A DNA stretch of 62,989 nucleotides, counting the filler, from Aduncisulcus paluster (Eukaryota), in NCBI GenBank assembly GCA_024181965.1. It is 5 parts of 5 records of this genome, joined end to end, with 100 filler letters (N's around TTAATTAATTAA, not from the genome) between each part and the next. Parts side by side here need not be neighbours in the genome. Positions count along the whole stretch, not along the records: positions 1 to 21,334 come from BQXS01012554.1; 4 more parts are not named here. One strand, given 5' to 3'. The position numbers and the translations under genes are program-made. The notes below the pieces were generated by a model. The model saw only the letters and a program-made list of their open reading frames with translations, was not told the origin of the DNA and searched no databases. The first letter of the stretch is position 1, and every line of letters starts with the position of its first letter. Shown one piece after another: positions 1-12,800 of the stretch.

Positions 1-17
1 CGTCTCAATCAGCAAAT

Positions 18-1633
18 GTGTCTCATACTTCGGATTCAACGGTTCCACCTTCCACATTTGCGCCTTCTGAACAAGTTTATTTGAAAGATTCAACTTCTCG
101 TGACCAATTGTGTTCCTCTGACCACCCTTTAGCTTCCAAAGATTCAACTCATAATATTCCTCCCATTTCTTCCTCAATTTCAGCTGCTGTCACAAACATT
201 GGTATTTCTCTTGATAAAATCGGAGATAAGGACACCCAAGAATCAGTGAAACATGATGCTTCTTGTGAGGAAAACAAGATATGGGATGAGTCTTCGGAGA
301 TTGGTGTGGTGGATAACAAAGGAGAAAAATCTGAAGAAGAGGAAGATGATACAGAGGATATTCAGGAAGAGCCCCGCATTTCGTCCGATTCGGTTGAGCA
401 GACCCTCTTGTCCACAGATGCCATTCTCACCCTCTCATCAGCTATGTCCAGTTCTCTTGCTACACAATCCATGAGTTTGCATGAATGTGAGAGTAGAATG
501 GACGAATCTGAAGTGCAATGTGGCATTCTTGGAGTGCGAATCATGTGTATTAGTGGGATGGAAATGATGCTCCGAGCATCAGAAATCGAAACAAGATTGG
601 ATAAATTGAAGAAAAAAATTCTAAAATGCCAAAATAAACATGAATAATCAACAGAAATGTTCCCAGATAAAGAGAATTAACTTTATCGAGCATGACAGAT
701 CATCTGGAGCATTGATGATCAATGCTCCCATTTGGTACGTATTTTGTGAGCAATGTTCTCAACTCTTTCGTGATATTTCAATGATTATCGATAAAAAACA
801 TATCAGACTTATTTTTTCGCGAAAAATAACATATGACTTTGATATAGCTGCAAATCAATTCAGACGCTTTATTCTAAATCTGCCTCATATTTTATCGCAA
901 TATAAATTCTTTACTTCTTCACATTATATTAGTTTGTATGATAACATCTGTGACGTATCAGTATTTCGCAAGTTGGAAGGAGGGAAAGCTGGATTTAGAC
1001 GCCAGCTGTTAGAGGATGCAAGAAGAAATAAGAAACGACATTCTAAGGATTATTTTATTGATGCTAAAGGAAATAGGGTTATTGATCTTGAAAAAGAAAA
1101 AAAGGCAAAGCTTGCTGAAACTCTCCAACAGAAAGCAAAAGAGAAAGGAAGGAAGAGGGATATACAGCAAGAACAGATGAAAAAACTTGCATTTGAGAAA
1201 GAATTAAAAACTACTGTTGATTCAATTCNNNNNNNNNNNNNNNNNNNNATTTAGACGCCAGCTGTTAGAGGATGCAAGAAGAAATAAGAAACGACATTCT
1301 AAGGATTATTTTATTGATGCTAAAGGAAATAGGGTTATTGATCTTGAAAAAGAAAAAAAGGCAAAGCTTGCTGAAACTCTCCAACAGAAAGCAAAAGAGA
1401 AAGGAAGGAAGAGGGATATACAGCAAGAACAGATGAAAAAACTTGCATTTGAGAAAGAATTAAAAACTACTGTTGATTCAATTCATTCGATTATGAAGTC
1501 TGTGAAGAAGAAAGAATCGAGGAAACGTGGCAGGACCAAATTGAAAGTTAAGGATAAAAAACCCATGAAACCCTCTTCAAAACATAAATCACACTTATTA
1601 AAAGGAGAAGAAGGCAAAGGAATGGGGAAATAG
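18..1633 (+). CDS. Hypothetical protein, probably the 3' part of one gene (apparent frameshift near 612-640, intron 735-932, gap duplication at 1229-1248)
   Basis: ORFs 18-647 and 640-1633 overlap across A-runs. GTACGT donor at 735 and pyrimidine-rich TTAG acceptor at 932 splice in frame (NAPIC/LYDNIC). Lys-rich C-terminus. Confidence 0.5.
993..1484. other. Assembly artefact: duplicated overlap flanking the 20-N gap at 1229-1248
   Basis: 993-1228 is repeated at 1249-1484. The same pattern occurs at gaps 2882-2901, 12154-12173, 13930-13949, 40927-40946 and 55288-55307. Confidence 0.9.
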
Positions 1634-2042
1634 ATTAAAACAAATCTGTTCGAATTCGATGAATTCCATTTTTTGGAAACCTCAGAATTTCCGAGTTAGA
1701 AAGTATCCTGTCATTCAATTTTTATTAATAAGAAACAATTTTGTCTAGATATTTTACATAATCTAGATCAAACTAGAACATATTGTTAGTAAACCATGGA
1801 ATAATAAGCAAACAACCTCCACTACAAGCGTTTTGCATATTATTGGTTGTTGACATTTTTTTCTTTTTTCAACATTTCGAACATATAGTTCAGAATAAAA
1901 AAGCAATATATAAGAAGCCAGGGCATACAAACTCTTCATAGATTATGAGATAGATTAACAACATATAATATTTTTCACCACAAAAAGATAATTTAGAACA
2001 GCAAAAAGAATCGTATACCTTGACCAAAACCAAAAAAATTAA

Positions 2043-2074
<32 letters not shown>

Positions 2075-3160
2075 TCAAGAAAGTGAATCCAGGTTGTAGA
2101 AGCAATTATTTAGGTATTAGAAGCAAAAAAAAAATATTTTTCGAAATCCAGAAAAGAAATCAATAGGAAAAGAAAGAAGATAACGTATATTTTTGGCAGT
2201 AGAAAGAAACATTGATATAGTAGAAAGAAACATTGATATAGATAATTATTATTAAGGATCCACAAAGACAAAATTACAAAATAAAAACAAAATTAGTAAA
2301 AGGTACAAATGAAATATTTCTTATCAAAAAGAAGTAACATTAACATATTGTGAATTTGGAGAAATGTCAAGGGCGAACACAAGGGAAAATAAAAATAAAA
2401 TAATAATAATAAAAAAGCGCGAAATAAGAAATAAACTTGACAAAACTCTTAATAATGTCACAGAAAACAATGGAAAAAGAGAAGGTTAGAGAATAGCAAA
2501 GAAAATCAAGTAAAATGATGAACAGCAAAAGGAAAGAAATCGAAAGGAAGAATTATAAAGGATATAAAAATTAAACCATAATTATTTTTCCTTGGCTGGC
2601 ACTACTTTGATCATTTAAAATAATAATATAATAAAATGGGAACAATATAAAGTAAAGTAATTCACTTTTCATTTTTTGAAATTAACAAATAAAATAAATA
2701 AAAAATTCTTGTTGTGATTATATAAGAAATTTTTTAAGACGCAAAAATGAAGTGGTTATTTTTTTTTTTCTGAGAGGAAAATTATTTAGAAAATATAAAG
2801 ATAAAATATAAAAATCAAACTGACATTGAAGAATATAGGTAAGTAAGTAGCTATATAAAATATATATTGGAAAACTTAAAANNNNNNNNNNNNNNNNNNN
2901 NTAAAATAATAATATAATAAAATGGGAACAATATAAAGTAAAGTAATTCACTTTTCATTTTTTGAAATTAACAAATAAAATAAATAAAAAATTCTTGTTG
3001 TGATTATATAAGAAATTTTTTAAGACGCAAAAATGAAGTGGTTATTTTTTTTTTCTGAGAGGAAAATTATTTAGAAAATATAAAGATAAAATATAAAAAT
3101 CAAACTGACATTGAAGAATATAGGTAAGTAAGTAGCTATATAAAATATATATTGGAAAAC

Positions 3161-4369
3161 TTAAAACAATCCTTCAAAAACAGGAACTGACTGTTGTTGC
3201 TCAAAATAACGCTGAGTTGGTTGAAGATCATGGGAGCTGTATTGGAATCCCAAGGGGGAAGTTCCCACTGACGATAAGACAGGAGCGGTGCTGGATGAAG
3301 GAAAAGCAAGGGAAGCAACAGAAGGGTTGTAAGCTTGAGGAGAAGACTCAGATGAAGAAAAGGAAGGAATAGAGGAACTAGTTGAATATAAATTCCCCAT
3401 GGGATCACGAATTTCTGGAACAGGATACTGAACGTGATCAGAAGAAAGAATACGATGAGAGGGAGTTGATTGGAAAAGAGAATAGTCGGGGATAGAGTAC
3501 GAATCAGCATACAAAGGGGCATCGCGGAAAGGGTGGGCTGGAGGATATTCAAAAGCGCGCTCAGACTCCTGGCTCTGAGAAGTAAGACCAGAAGGGAAGA
3601 CACCACTAGGGAGAAGAGACTCAGCAGAACCGGAATACAAAGATTGAGGGATCTCCTCATGGAACCTTGTGGAGGCAGATAGAGAAGATTCGACTTGGGG
3701 AGCATAAGTTTCAGTCAAAGAAACCTCATCAACGGTTGAAATAGTACGCTCGGGGCTAGAGCTTTCAACCTCGCTAAAAGCACGGTTAACATCCTCAACT
3801 TTGGCACCAAGAGCGAGTAATCCTTCTTTAATAGAGCAAGAATCCCAATTAACGCCTTTGTTAGCCATTTTAGTCCGGCCAAGACCTTCCATCTTTGAGA
3901 AGAGGTTTTTAGATCTTAAATTGAATAATTTGCACTTAACTTGAACGCTTCTCCTTCCAAGGATATCTGAATAGGGATCATATAATTTCCACTTGTTGTT
4001 AAGTCGAGAGAAAAGGAAGATCGACTGAATTACAGTATTTTCAGACCAAGGCAGATGTTTACGGGGACCACTCTCTTTACGAGACTTGGAAAACCCTTTA
4101 GTCTTGGGTTTTCTTGTGATAGCTTTCCTTGCAGTGCGAGAAACTTTCGTGTTGACCATTTTAGTGGGAGATGATTCATTGGGAACCGCGAGTGGATTAT
4201 AACAAATGATAGGAATCATAGCATAGCAATCTTTAACAGATTTCCCAATAGATGAAGCAATGGAAGGAACGTCCAAATGAGTGTGATCTAATTGGTGTTT
4301 CATTACCAATTGCTTCAAAATAATTATTTGTTGTTGAGACCAAAGCGAAGCGGTTTCAAATGAGTTCAT
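3161..4369 (-). CDS. Myb/SANT-like DNA-binding protein with Ser/Pro-rich tail
   Basis: First ATG at 4369. Repeat 1: WSQQQIIILKQLVMKH..IASSIGKSVKDC. Repeat 2: PWSENT..NKWKLY..GRRSVQVKCKLFNL (telobox-like). Confidence 0.6.
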   Translation of the reverse strand: MNSFETASLWSQQQIIILKQLVMKHQLDHTHLDVPSIASSIGKSVKDCYAMIPIICYNPLAVPNESSPTKMVNTKVSRTARKAITRKPKTKGFSKSRKESGPRKHLPWSENTVIQSIFLFSRLNNKWKLYDPYSDILGRRSVQVKCKLFNLRSKNLFSKMEGLGRTKMANKGVNWDSCSIKEGLLALGAKVEDVNRAFSEVESSSPERTISTVDEVSLTETYAPQVESSLSASTRFHEEIPQSLYSGSAESLLPSGVFPSGLTSQSQESERAFEYPPAHPFRDAPLYADSYSIPDYSLFQSTPSHRILSSDHVQYPVPEIRDPMGNLYSTSSSIPSFSSSESSPQAYNPSVASLAFPSSSTAPVLSSVGTSPLGFQYSSHDLQPTQRYFEQQQSVPVFEGLF

Positions 4370-5162
4370 TATTGACGTAGTTGACAAAAAGATAAAAAAC
4401 ACGACAAAAAAGAAGAAAAAAGAATCCGGACCTGCTTTTCCATTTCAGACCAGGAAATTAAACTGCATTTCTTGCATAATAGAATGCATAAATTTAAATT
4501 AAATGCTAAAATTAGTCCCAAATCAATTTTTATTTTCTTGATATTATATGTTTAGAGGCGAATAATGAACACAACTTATATATTAGATCGGAGCATAAAA
4601 ATCCAAAAAATGGTACAAAGTAAATCTGATGTTAAGACGAACCATTAAATTAACTTTTAAATTTCGAGATATATCACTGAATCTAAAGTAACGTAATGTT
4701 TGCTCAACCAGGTCTGGACAAAGAAAGCACAAAAACAAAGATATCACGCCAAATATTAGCCAAAAGATGGAAATAAAATTGAAAAATGCATTTGATTATT
4801 TTTTATCATGATCGAATGATCGCACAGGTTTTCACTTAAATCTTCAAAGAATAGTAATGCTGTACAACCTATAAAATAATGAATAAATTCTATTTCTCTT
4901 TTTCAAAAACATTTCATTTGAATAATCTGGAGAAAATAGGGTTTGCTAGATGTTAGGAGTTACTTTTGCTAAACTCGTTAGTACGACATTCTAGCAATTT
5001 TTCAAATTGACATAATGTGAATTAGATGAAATAAACGACTAATGAACATCATGAAACCTCTATGAATTTCATCCAACATCATAAAAACAAGACCCAAAAA
5101 AATTTGACAAACAATCATTTTTTTTTGTTTGTTCTATTTCTTCGCGGCATCAATAATACGAA

Positions 5163-5783
5163 ATGAATTTTGATAAAACATTATTTCGGAAGGATCATAT
5201 TCTATTTGATGAGATAGAATCGCCTTATTTTCATTTATCCGAGTCTTCGGAACATCCGATCACTCCAATTCAATGTGGTCAAATTCCTCTTCTTTCTGAG
5301 CCAAGTGATGTTTGTTTTGACACTCCCTGTTCATCCCCTCGAGAATGTTCTGTATCCTTTTCGCTTCCATTGGATTCTCTCAGAACTCTCACTGAGTACA
5401 TTGAAGATCGTGACTCACCTAAATTGTCCTCCTTAAAATGTTCACCTCGCTTCTCTCAAACATTTTCTTATGTTATGGATGTCCTTATTGATGATGAATT
5501 GCATCCTTCTCCGAGATCGCTATCACAAGCTGAAACTCTCATTGCCTGTTTCCTGTATTTTGAAAGCCCGTTATTTAATCCGTCAAAATTTCCCATTATA
5601 TCTAATTATTTATCCGCATCTGAAAGTGAAGTTAGGGGAATTTTCCTCCATTGGGAGAAATTTGGAATTCCCAGTAGCTATCGCCCTTCAGCTTTCGATT
5701 TTGCGAAATCATTTGGATTTTCGAACAGGAAAGTCTCACAACTTTGCATTGGTTTGGCTCGAAAAGATAAAGGAATGTGCTAA
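5163..5783 (+). CDS. Hypothetical 206-aa protein with possible degenerate SANT/HTH at the C-terminus
   Basis: Clean ATG-TAA ORF in AT-rich flanks. SLSQAETLIACF..KFPIISNYLSASESEVRGIFLHWEK resembles a SANT helix pattern. Confidence 0.5.
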   Translation: MNFDKTLFRKDHILFDEIESPYFHLSESSEHPITPIQCGQIPLLSEPSDVCFDTPCSSPRECSVSFSLPLDSLRTLTEYIEDRDSPKLSSLKCSPRFSQTFSYVMDVLIDDELHPSPRSLSQAETLIACFLYFESPLFNPSKFPIISNYLSASESEVRGIFLHWEKFGIPSSYRPSAFDFAKSFGFSNRKVSQLCIGLARKDKGMC

Positions 5784-6895
5784 TATGCTTTGAATTGATA
5801 ATTATTATTATTGTATTGATTGTTTTATCGACGTATTTTACTTTTCTCCAGCCCTTTTCTCAAATTCGGATAATTTTGAAACTCATATGGTTGTCTAATA
5901 CCTACATTTTTTTTTATTAGGATATCAACTCTTGTTTTGATTTGTTTCTCTAAAATTCTTAGTTTCTATTTCTTTCTATATTATGCTCCTATCCATATTT
6001 CCGGTTTGGATTTCTTATTTATTTTAATTTATTAACATTATTTCATTATTCAACTGATTTTTTTTTCTTATAATATGTGGTTATTCTATTGTTTCTTTAA
6101 TTTTTTTTAAAACATTACTTTTCGGATGTTAGTTTCGAATTATTTACTTTTTCCGTTATATTCCCTAAGTTAATCTATCCTTTTTGTTTTTATATCTTTC
6201 ATTGGTTGTATTTTTACTTGATAAACTCCTTCCGTCCCCCCCCATTTATTCATACTTCAAGAAAAACAGATGAAGAAAATCTCTTTATTTTGATGATTCA
6301 ATGATGCAGAAATCTTCAAATACTAATGGTAAGGACATAGTCCTATCATTTGACCAAAAAAGAGAACAACATTTCAACAGAAGCCAAAAACTAAAAAAAA
6401 AAAAAAAAAAAAAAAGTAAAAACTATTTTTCTGAGCTTAAAAAAACACATTATTCAAAATTTGAATTTCAAATACCGTATTTGTATTTAAGCTCAAAAAG
6501 ACCAAGAACTATTTCACTGAAATTTTCAGTGGAGTCAAAATTTGACTCAAATCTCAAATTTTGAGGATTCGACTTGAGATGAGCAAAGCACAAGAATAAG
6601 AATAATATCAAATCAGATGTCTTGATCGAGAAATTATTTCAAGAATGTGGAGTGTAGAAAAATTCAAACGAGAAGGAAAGAATAATAAATAAATAATGTA
6701 CGAATATGAATAAATAAATAGAAAAATAAATAAACAAGCAATTTGCAAGATTGTATTATTTAGAGAATTAGAGAATATTTATAATTTATAATTTATAGTG
6801 ATAGTATTCACATAGAATGTACGTGAATGTTGATATAGAGTACATAGTACACAAAATAATATAATAGAAAATAGAAAATAATCAGTATTATCTGA

Positions 6896-9800
6896 TTATT
6901 TATATGAAAACATGTCGTTTGCAAGAAGAACAGAATGAGGAGAGAAATCAAATGTCGTACTCACACTGACAACACTCTTCATTTCCTCCATCTCCACCTC
7001 AGGCTCAGTAGTTTCGCCATAAAACTCTTCCTCCTCTCTCTCAAAACTCTCTGTAGAACTCCCAACAAGCTTCGAAACACATCGCAGAACATCAGAAAAC
7101 ACACGAATTGGATGGGTATAGGAGCAAAAAGAAGAGGAAAGAATGGAATTTGCACGATGGGCGAATCTTGTGGCGCCCCAACGAAGATAGAACACAAATA
7201 GCCACTGTTTCAAGAATTCAGCGTGTCTCAAAACACTGTATCTTGCGGCACAAAGAGCATACAGTGTTAATATCAGAGTCAATTGGGCATGATGTTTGCA
7301 TTTCTCAGCGGTAACAAGTGCCCTACACATCAGAGCACACACAGTATCATGTCCAACACCTTTTCCGAGTGCCACAGAGGCCTGTGCAAGGATTGCGATA
7401 GGCTCAATCTGTGGAATATAATGGCAGTTCATCATTTTTAAAGCCCATTCAGCCACTTCCATCATTTTGTCAGAGTTTTCTTTCTTATCCCCAATTCCAA
7501 TGCACCATCCACACACGACTGCCACTAGTCCATATGCCAGTGAGAGGAAAGGAGAGGCGTCCATGTGATGTCCTTTCAAAAGAGGCAAGAGACAACACAC
7601 ATCCTCATAGGCATTCTGGAATCTCACAGTTCTAAGGTGCCGATCAATGAGAAGGAGGTATAATTCACACGTGTACACGGACGTTTTTGTAAAAGAATTG
7701 AACACAGCTTTGATTCCAGAAGAAATATTTATCACAGTGTCAAGAGTTTGTGAGCAAGGATGAGGAGGGAATATGATGTGAGGTGGAGGATGGGTGTCAG
7801 AAAGGAAATTCCCGGTAAGACTTCGAATCCAAGCATAAAATCCAAGAAAGACATCAATTCTCTCTTCCCATTGGCGTAAAACACCAACATACTCAGTGTC
7901 ATCGACCTCACACATTGTGGCAAGCAAAAGACTCAACCCTTTAAGGAATTGGGTGTGTGAATTGTTCTGTGACTGAGCAAGGTGAGTTCGGATATGAGTG
8001 ATCAAACGAATATCATCAACAAGAGAGAGGTGGGAGAAGAAGAAGAGACTGATCACATGAACAATGAAGGCTCGGATCGTCATGACACCGATTGCACCAC
8101 TAAAGGCACTCAAACTGATTGGAGGCAGAGGAGAGGTGCACGTGGGAAACACAGTATGTGATAAATCAACCCCAAGCATTGTCTGGGGCAAAAACACGAA
8201 CAACAGTGGCATGGCTTTACCAAATTCACAGATACTGTTCATCGAGAAAGGGTATTTGTTCGGAGGCATGAGTTCTATCTTGTCGGGACCATATATATTG
8301 GGCTGAACAATATCAGAGAACAGAAAATGCTCAGGCCCAGCACAAAACGGAGCAAAAGGATAGTCTGAATGAGACAAAGAAGTATACCATGCTAATTGAA
8401 GTACGTCAGTGAGTGTCGATACGATTTCATGGACCTTTGAGAATAAATTATGTTCGTGAGTCAGAGTGAGCGAGTAAGAGAGTTGCAAGAAGAGATAACA
8501 GGCACAGATAGCCTCTGGAAATAAGAATACGCCTTTCTTTGAGTATGATTGATCGTCAATAAAAACTTTCAGAGACTTTTCAAGACATTGTATTGCAGAA
8601 CGAATGTCTCCAAACTCAATGAGAGTCAGAGAGATGGAGAGAAGGACAGAAACTTTTTGTCTTTTCGAAGCAAATGAAACCATGCTCTCCTGAGGTCTAT
8701 TCACAAGCTCAGTGATGAGTGGAACAGTCATATATGACGGTGGCACAGGTTTAAGGAGGAATGAAGTGTTCTGAGAGGGAAATATTTTAATAGATCGGAT
8801 TGCATTGTTCATTCGGATCTTCTTGACTTGGTGACTAGGTGTGAAGAAGATGTTATCGATCTCAGGAAGGATGAAAGGTGAGAAAGGGATGAGGTTAAGC
8901 AAACTCTTCACCATTTTCTGGATATGGGGAAAAGATTGATCCGAATTGTTGTTCATCGTTTGGGAATAGTAACATATAATCCGCTCAATCATGAAATATC
9001 TCGCAGATTTGGGTAAACAAGAGAATAATGGGAGAAGGGAAAGATGTTTTGAAAGGGCAGTCGAACTCAAACACAGACGGAAGACCATAGATCCCACTTC
9101 TTTCGGGAACAAAGTGGCCAATTGTTCTATTTTCAGAGCCAATTGCACTGCAACTTCTTCCTTTGGCCATGCAGAGTAACCTCGGAACTGGGATAGCAAA
9201 TAACATTGATATGCCAGTCGAACAACGAGGAGAACATTGTCCCTTGACTGGATATGTGGGAATAATTCAATCATAGAACGTAAGACCGTCTGAGGGGTGG
9301 CTTTGGGTTGGGTATAGCGGATGAAAGGCAAGTAAAACTGAGGATGACGGGTGCAAACAATTGTCATGAGGAGTTTTGGAACACTAAATATATCCATCGA
9401 ATCAAATAGATATGAAGAAATCAAGTCGTAATAAGATTTATGGATCTTTGTGAGATCATTAGCTCCCCCCTTTGATGTGAGATCTTGAACTTGACAAGAA
9501 TTATTGACATTGTAACCAAATCTAGAGTAATCATTTGTGGACCATTCCCTAAACAAAGAATTCACAGACAGGCCTCCAAGGTTCTTATTCTTGGAGGATG
9601 AGAATAAAGAAGAGGATTGACGAGGGATGACTACCGATGATTCACCATGAGTAAAATAGTTAAAGTGAATTGGATTTTGTTTAGAACTCCAAACAAACCA
9701 TATAACACCAGTTTCTTGGTGCTTTGAAATATCTCTCTCATCATGTTCACGGTTTAACCAAGCAATTCTCTTCTTATCTATTAAGGCAAGCCTTGCATCA

Positions 9801-12800
9801 AGTTGAGTTCTTAAGAGCCGCATACGCATCTTTGAAGTATCAAATGCACTCAGTGTCGTCAATAGAAGAGATCGGATGGATTCAGATGTGAACATGTACA
9901 GCGTCTCATTGCATTGGTAGGTCTTTTTAACAACGGTAACAACTTGAGGGAGGAAAGAAAGAATGGAGAAGATCATTCCATTCGATTGATCTGTGCATTC
10001 AGCAATGCTAGAAACAGTAAAGTAAGGCCCAGCAACAGCTGCTGCCTGAAGGACTTCAATGATCATGAATGGATGGACGTATTTGGACATAGTTCCAAGA
10101 GTATCAAAGATGTGCTTCTTGGCATCGGATAGATTCACTGGAACACTTGAAGAAATGAAAGGAGAAGTGATGTGTGCAAGAGTGTTTGTATCAGGAATCC
10201 AGCACTCAGCAATGTCACCTTTAAATATGATTCCTCTCACAAGCAAGAAGGCAAAGTGCAGGGCAAGTCTGAACGAATTCCCTTTGCTCCATCGTTCCAC
10301 CTGTTCAACAGGGCCGTGTCTTCTCTGTTTGTAAAGCTCGGGGAATGGACCATACAAGAAGTATAACAAGTAATCACGCATCTTCTTCTTCCCAATTGGC
10401 ATATCAGGACACTCAATGATACTGAAAGGTTTCCACATAGGATGAAGAACATCAGGTTGGCAAGGATATAAGTTACGCACTGCAATCTCATAGGAAGTAC
10501 ATGATGAAAGATAGGATAGACGATATGAAAGACTTGAGGTATATGGAGAAACAGAGAGGTGATCAATGGCAGGGAGCACGAGAGAAGCTGAAGGAGACGC
10601 TGCAGATGAGGAGAGAGTGGAAGAGAGGAAGAAAGCTGGTTGAGCAGGCTCAGTGCTGGGCACCTTGCTTTGCATAGATTTTGTCATGGGAAACAAAGAC
10701 ATCGTATTGACGGTTGGGAATTGTTCCTTCATTTTTCTAGATGTTGTTGGAGGTCTATAAGGAGTAATGACTCTATAACTGAGGATTTGAGTGGAAGAAG
10801 ACACGTCCAAACCACCCCAAAATGCAGATATTCGCTGATACCGTGGATTAAGTATTTGGTTCTTAAAGTAACCGAGGAGAAGAGGAGGAGATGGTGAAGA
10901 AGAAGAGATAAATGGAATATGGTAGGAATAAAACTTTTGTTTAAGTTTGAATAGAGAGTTCATGAATAAAGACGATGAGAATTGCATTGGCGTATCATTG
11001 GAGTATGGTCCCATTCTCATCCCACTTCCACCTTTCTTTCTCTTAATAACAGACGATTTGTGTTTTTCTTTGGCATGTGTAGTGTCAACAAACGCAACCT
11101 TATCATGAGAAGTCGAAGAATGACTACGATGGGAAGACGAGGACTTTGATAGGGCTTTTTCAACAGATACTACCGTTTCTTTCAAGTGTTTTTTCTCTTT
11201 CTTCTCTGTTGTGGTTCCGATACAATTCGATACAGAATCGTTCTTCTTGGTTGAGTGAGATCCAGCACCCGCAGAGGAGGATGAAGAGAGAGACAGAGAA
11301 CCATCATGTCCCTTCTTTGATGTTTTGCCTTCTCGAGAAGTCCCACGTTTGGTCTTTTTCTCCCTCTCTTCTTTCCTTCCATGTGATTGTCCCTGCGAAG
11401 AAATAGAAGAACTTGATGTCTTCAAGGAGTCTTTTAGTCTATAAGGAGAGGATAAAGATGTCTTCTTCAGAGCATTCTGAGGATCTTCTGCATTTACAGG
11501 AGCAGCAAGAGAAGTTTCAAGACTCCCTGCAAGTCTAAAAGTTACATCAAGATCTGATGAGTGTTGAGAATGCTCTGGTATCCCCTCATAATGCTCTGAA
11601 GAAGACGAGGAAGCAATTTCTTCATCTCCACAAGGATCAACTCCATCTCCATCTCCATTGTCTCCACAAGCATCACTCTCCCACCACATACCTTCTCTCC
11701 TCTTCTTCCACTCTTCTTTCTCTCCAGTGCACCAACTCACTTGGAGATGTGGACAATTCTTTTGATAAGCGTCTTCAACAAAATCTGTGATAATGTCTTG
11801 ATGTGAGGCAATAAAGGAAGGATCATTGGAAGGATCAGACTCAGACTCAGAAAGAGATTCTGATTCATGATCGAGCTTTCCATTCATAGAAATATACCCT
11901 TCATCATCTTTTTCCCTTTGTTTCTTCTTCCACTCTCCTTTCTCTCCTTTCCCTCCTTTCTCTTCTTCTCCTTCTTCTTCCTCTTCCTCTTCCTCTTCCT
12001 CTTCCTCTTCCTCTTCCTCTTCCTCTTCACCATAACGTGATGGATACTTCGATGATATTCCTTTCCCAGCCCTTTTCTTGAACTTACGGAGTGAAGAGAA
12101 TCCCCCATGAGCACCTCGAGTTAAAATATCGTGTTTCTCTTCTTTCTTATCATNNNNNNNNNNNNNNNNNNNNGATTCTGATTCATGATCGAGCTTTCCA
12201 TTCATAGAAATATACCCTTCATCATCTTTTTCCCTTTGTTTCTTCTTCCACTCTCCTTTCTCTCCTTTCCCTCCTTTCTCTTCTTCTCCTTCTTCTTCCT
12301 CTTCCTCTTCCTCTTCCTCTTCCTCTTCCTCTTCCTCTTCCTCTTCACCATAACGTGATGGATACTTCGATGATATTCCTTTCCCAGCCCTTTTCTTGAA
12401 CTTACGGAGTGAAGAGAATCCCCCATGAGCACCTCGAGTTAAAATATCGTGTTTCTCTTCTTTCTTATCATCCCTTCTGATACCTGGTGTGATGATAGCA
12501 AAGCAGAATGGATACAATGAAGCTCTCCAAAGCATTCTCTGGCTTAAAACATCACACTGCGGAAGCCCAGCACATACGATGACTGGTTTGATGGCACTCA
12601 TGGATATTAGTTGGACCGAAAGCCAGAAAACTCTCTTAACAAGTCGCACAGGGCGTGTATTTGAAGCAACACCAACCCTACTTGTCTTATCAGTCGTAAA
12701 TACTTTTCTAATCATCGTTTTCCAAGTGTCTGATCTGAAATCATATTCATTAGGATGGGCTTCAGTAGAAAAAAAGGCTTCTGACACTTCTTGGAGCTGA

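Noticed and set aside
11856..12471. Internal tandem repeats in the giant gene, the FAM135-like gene and the MBL gene
   Set aside because: These are identical copies flanking 20-N gaps, i.e. unmerged contig overlaps.
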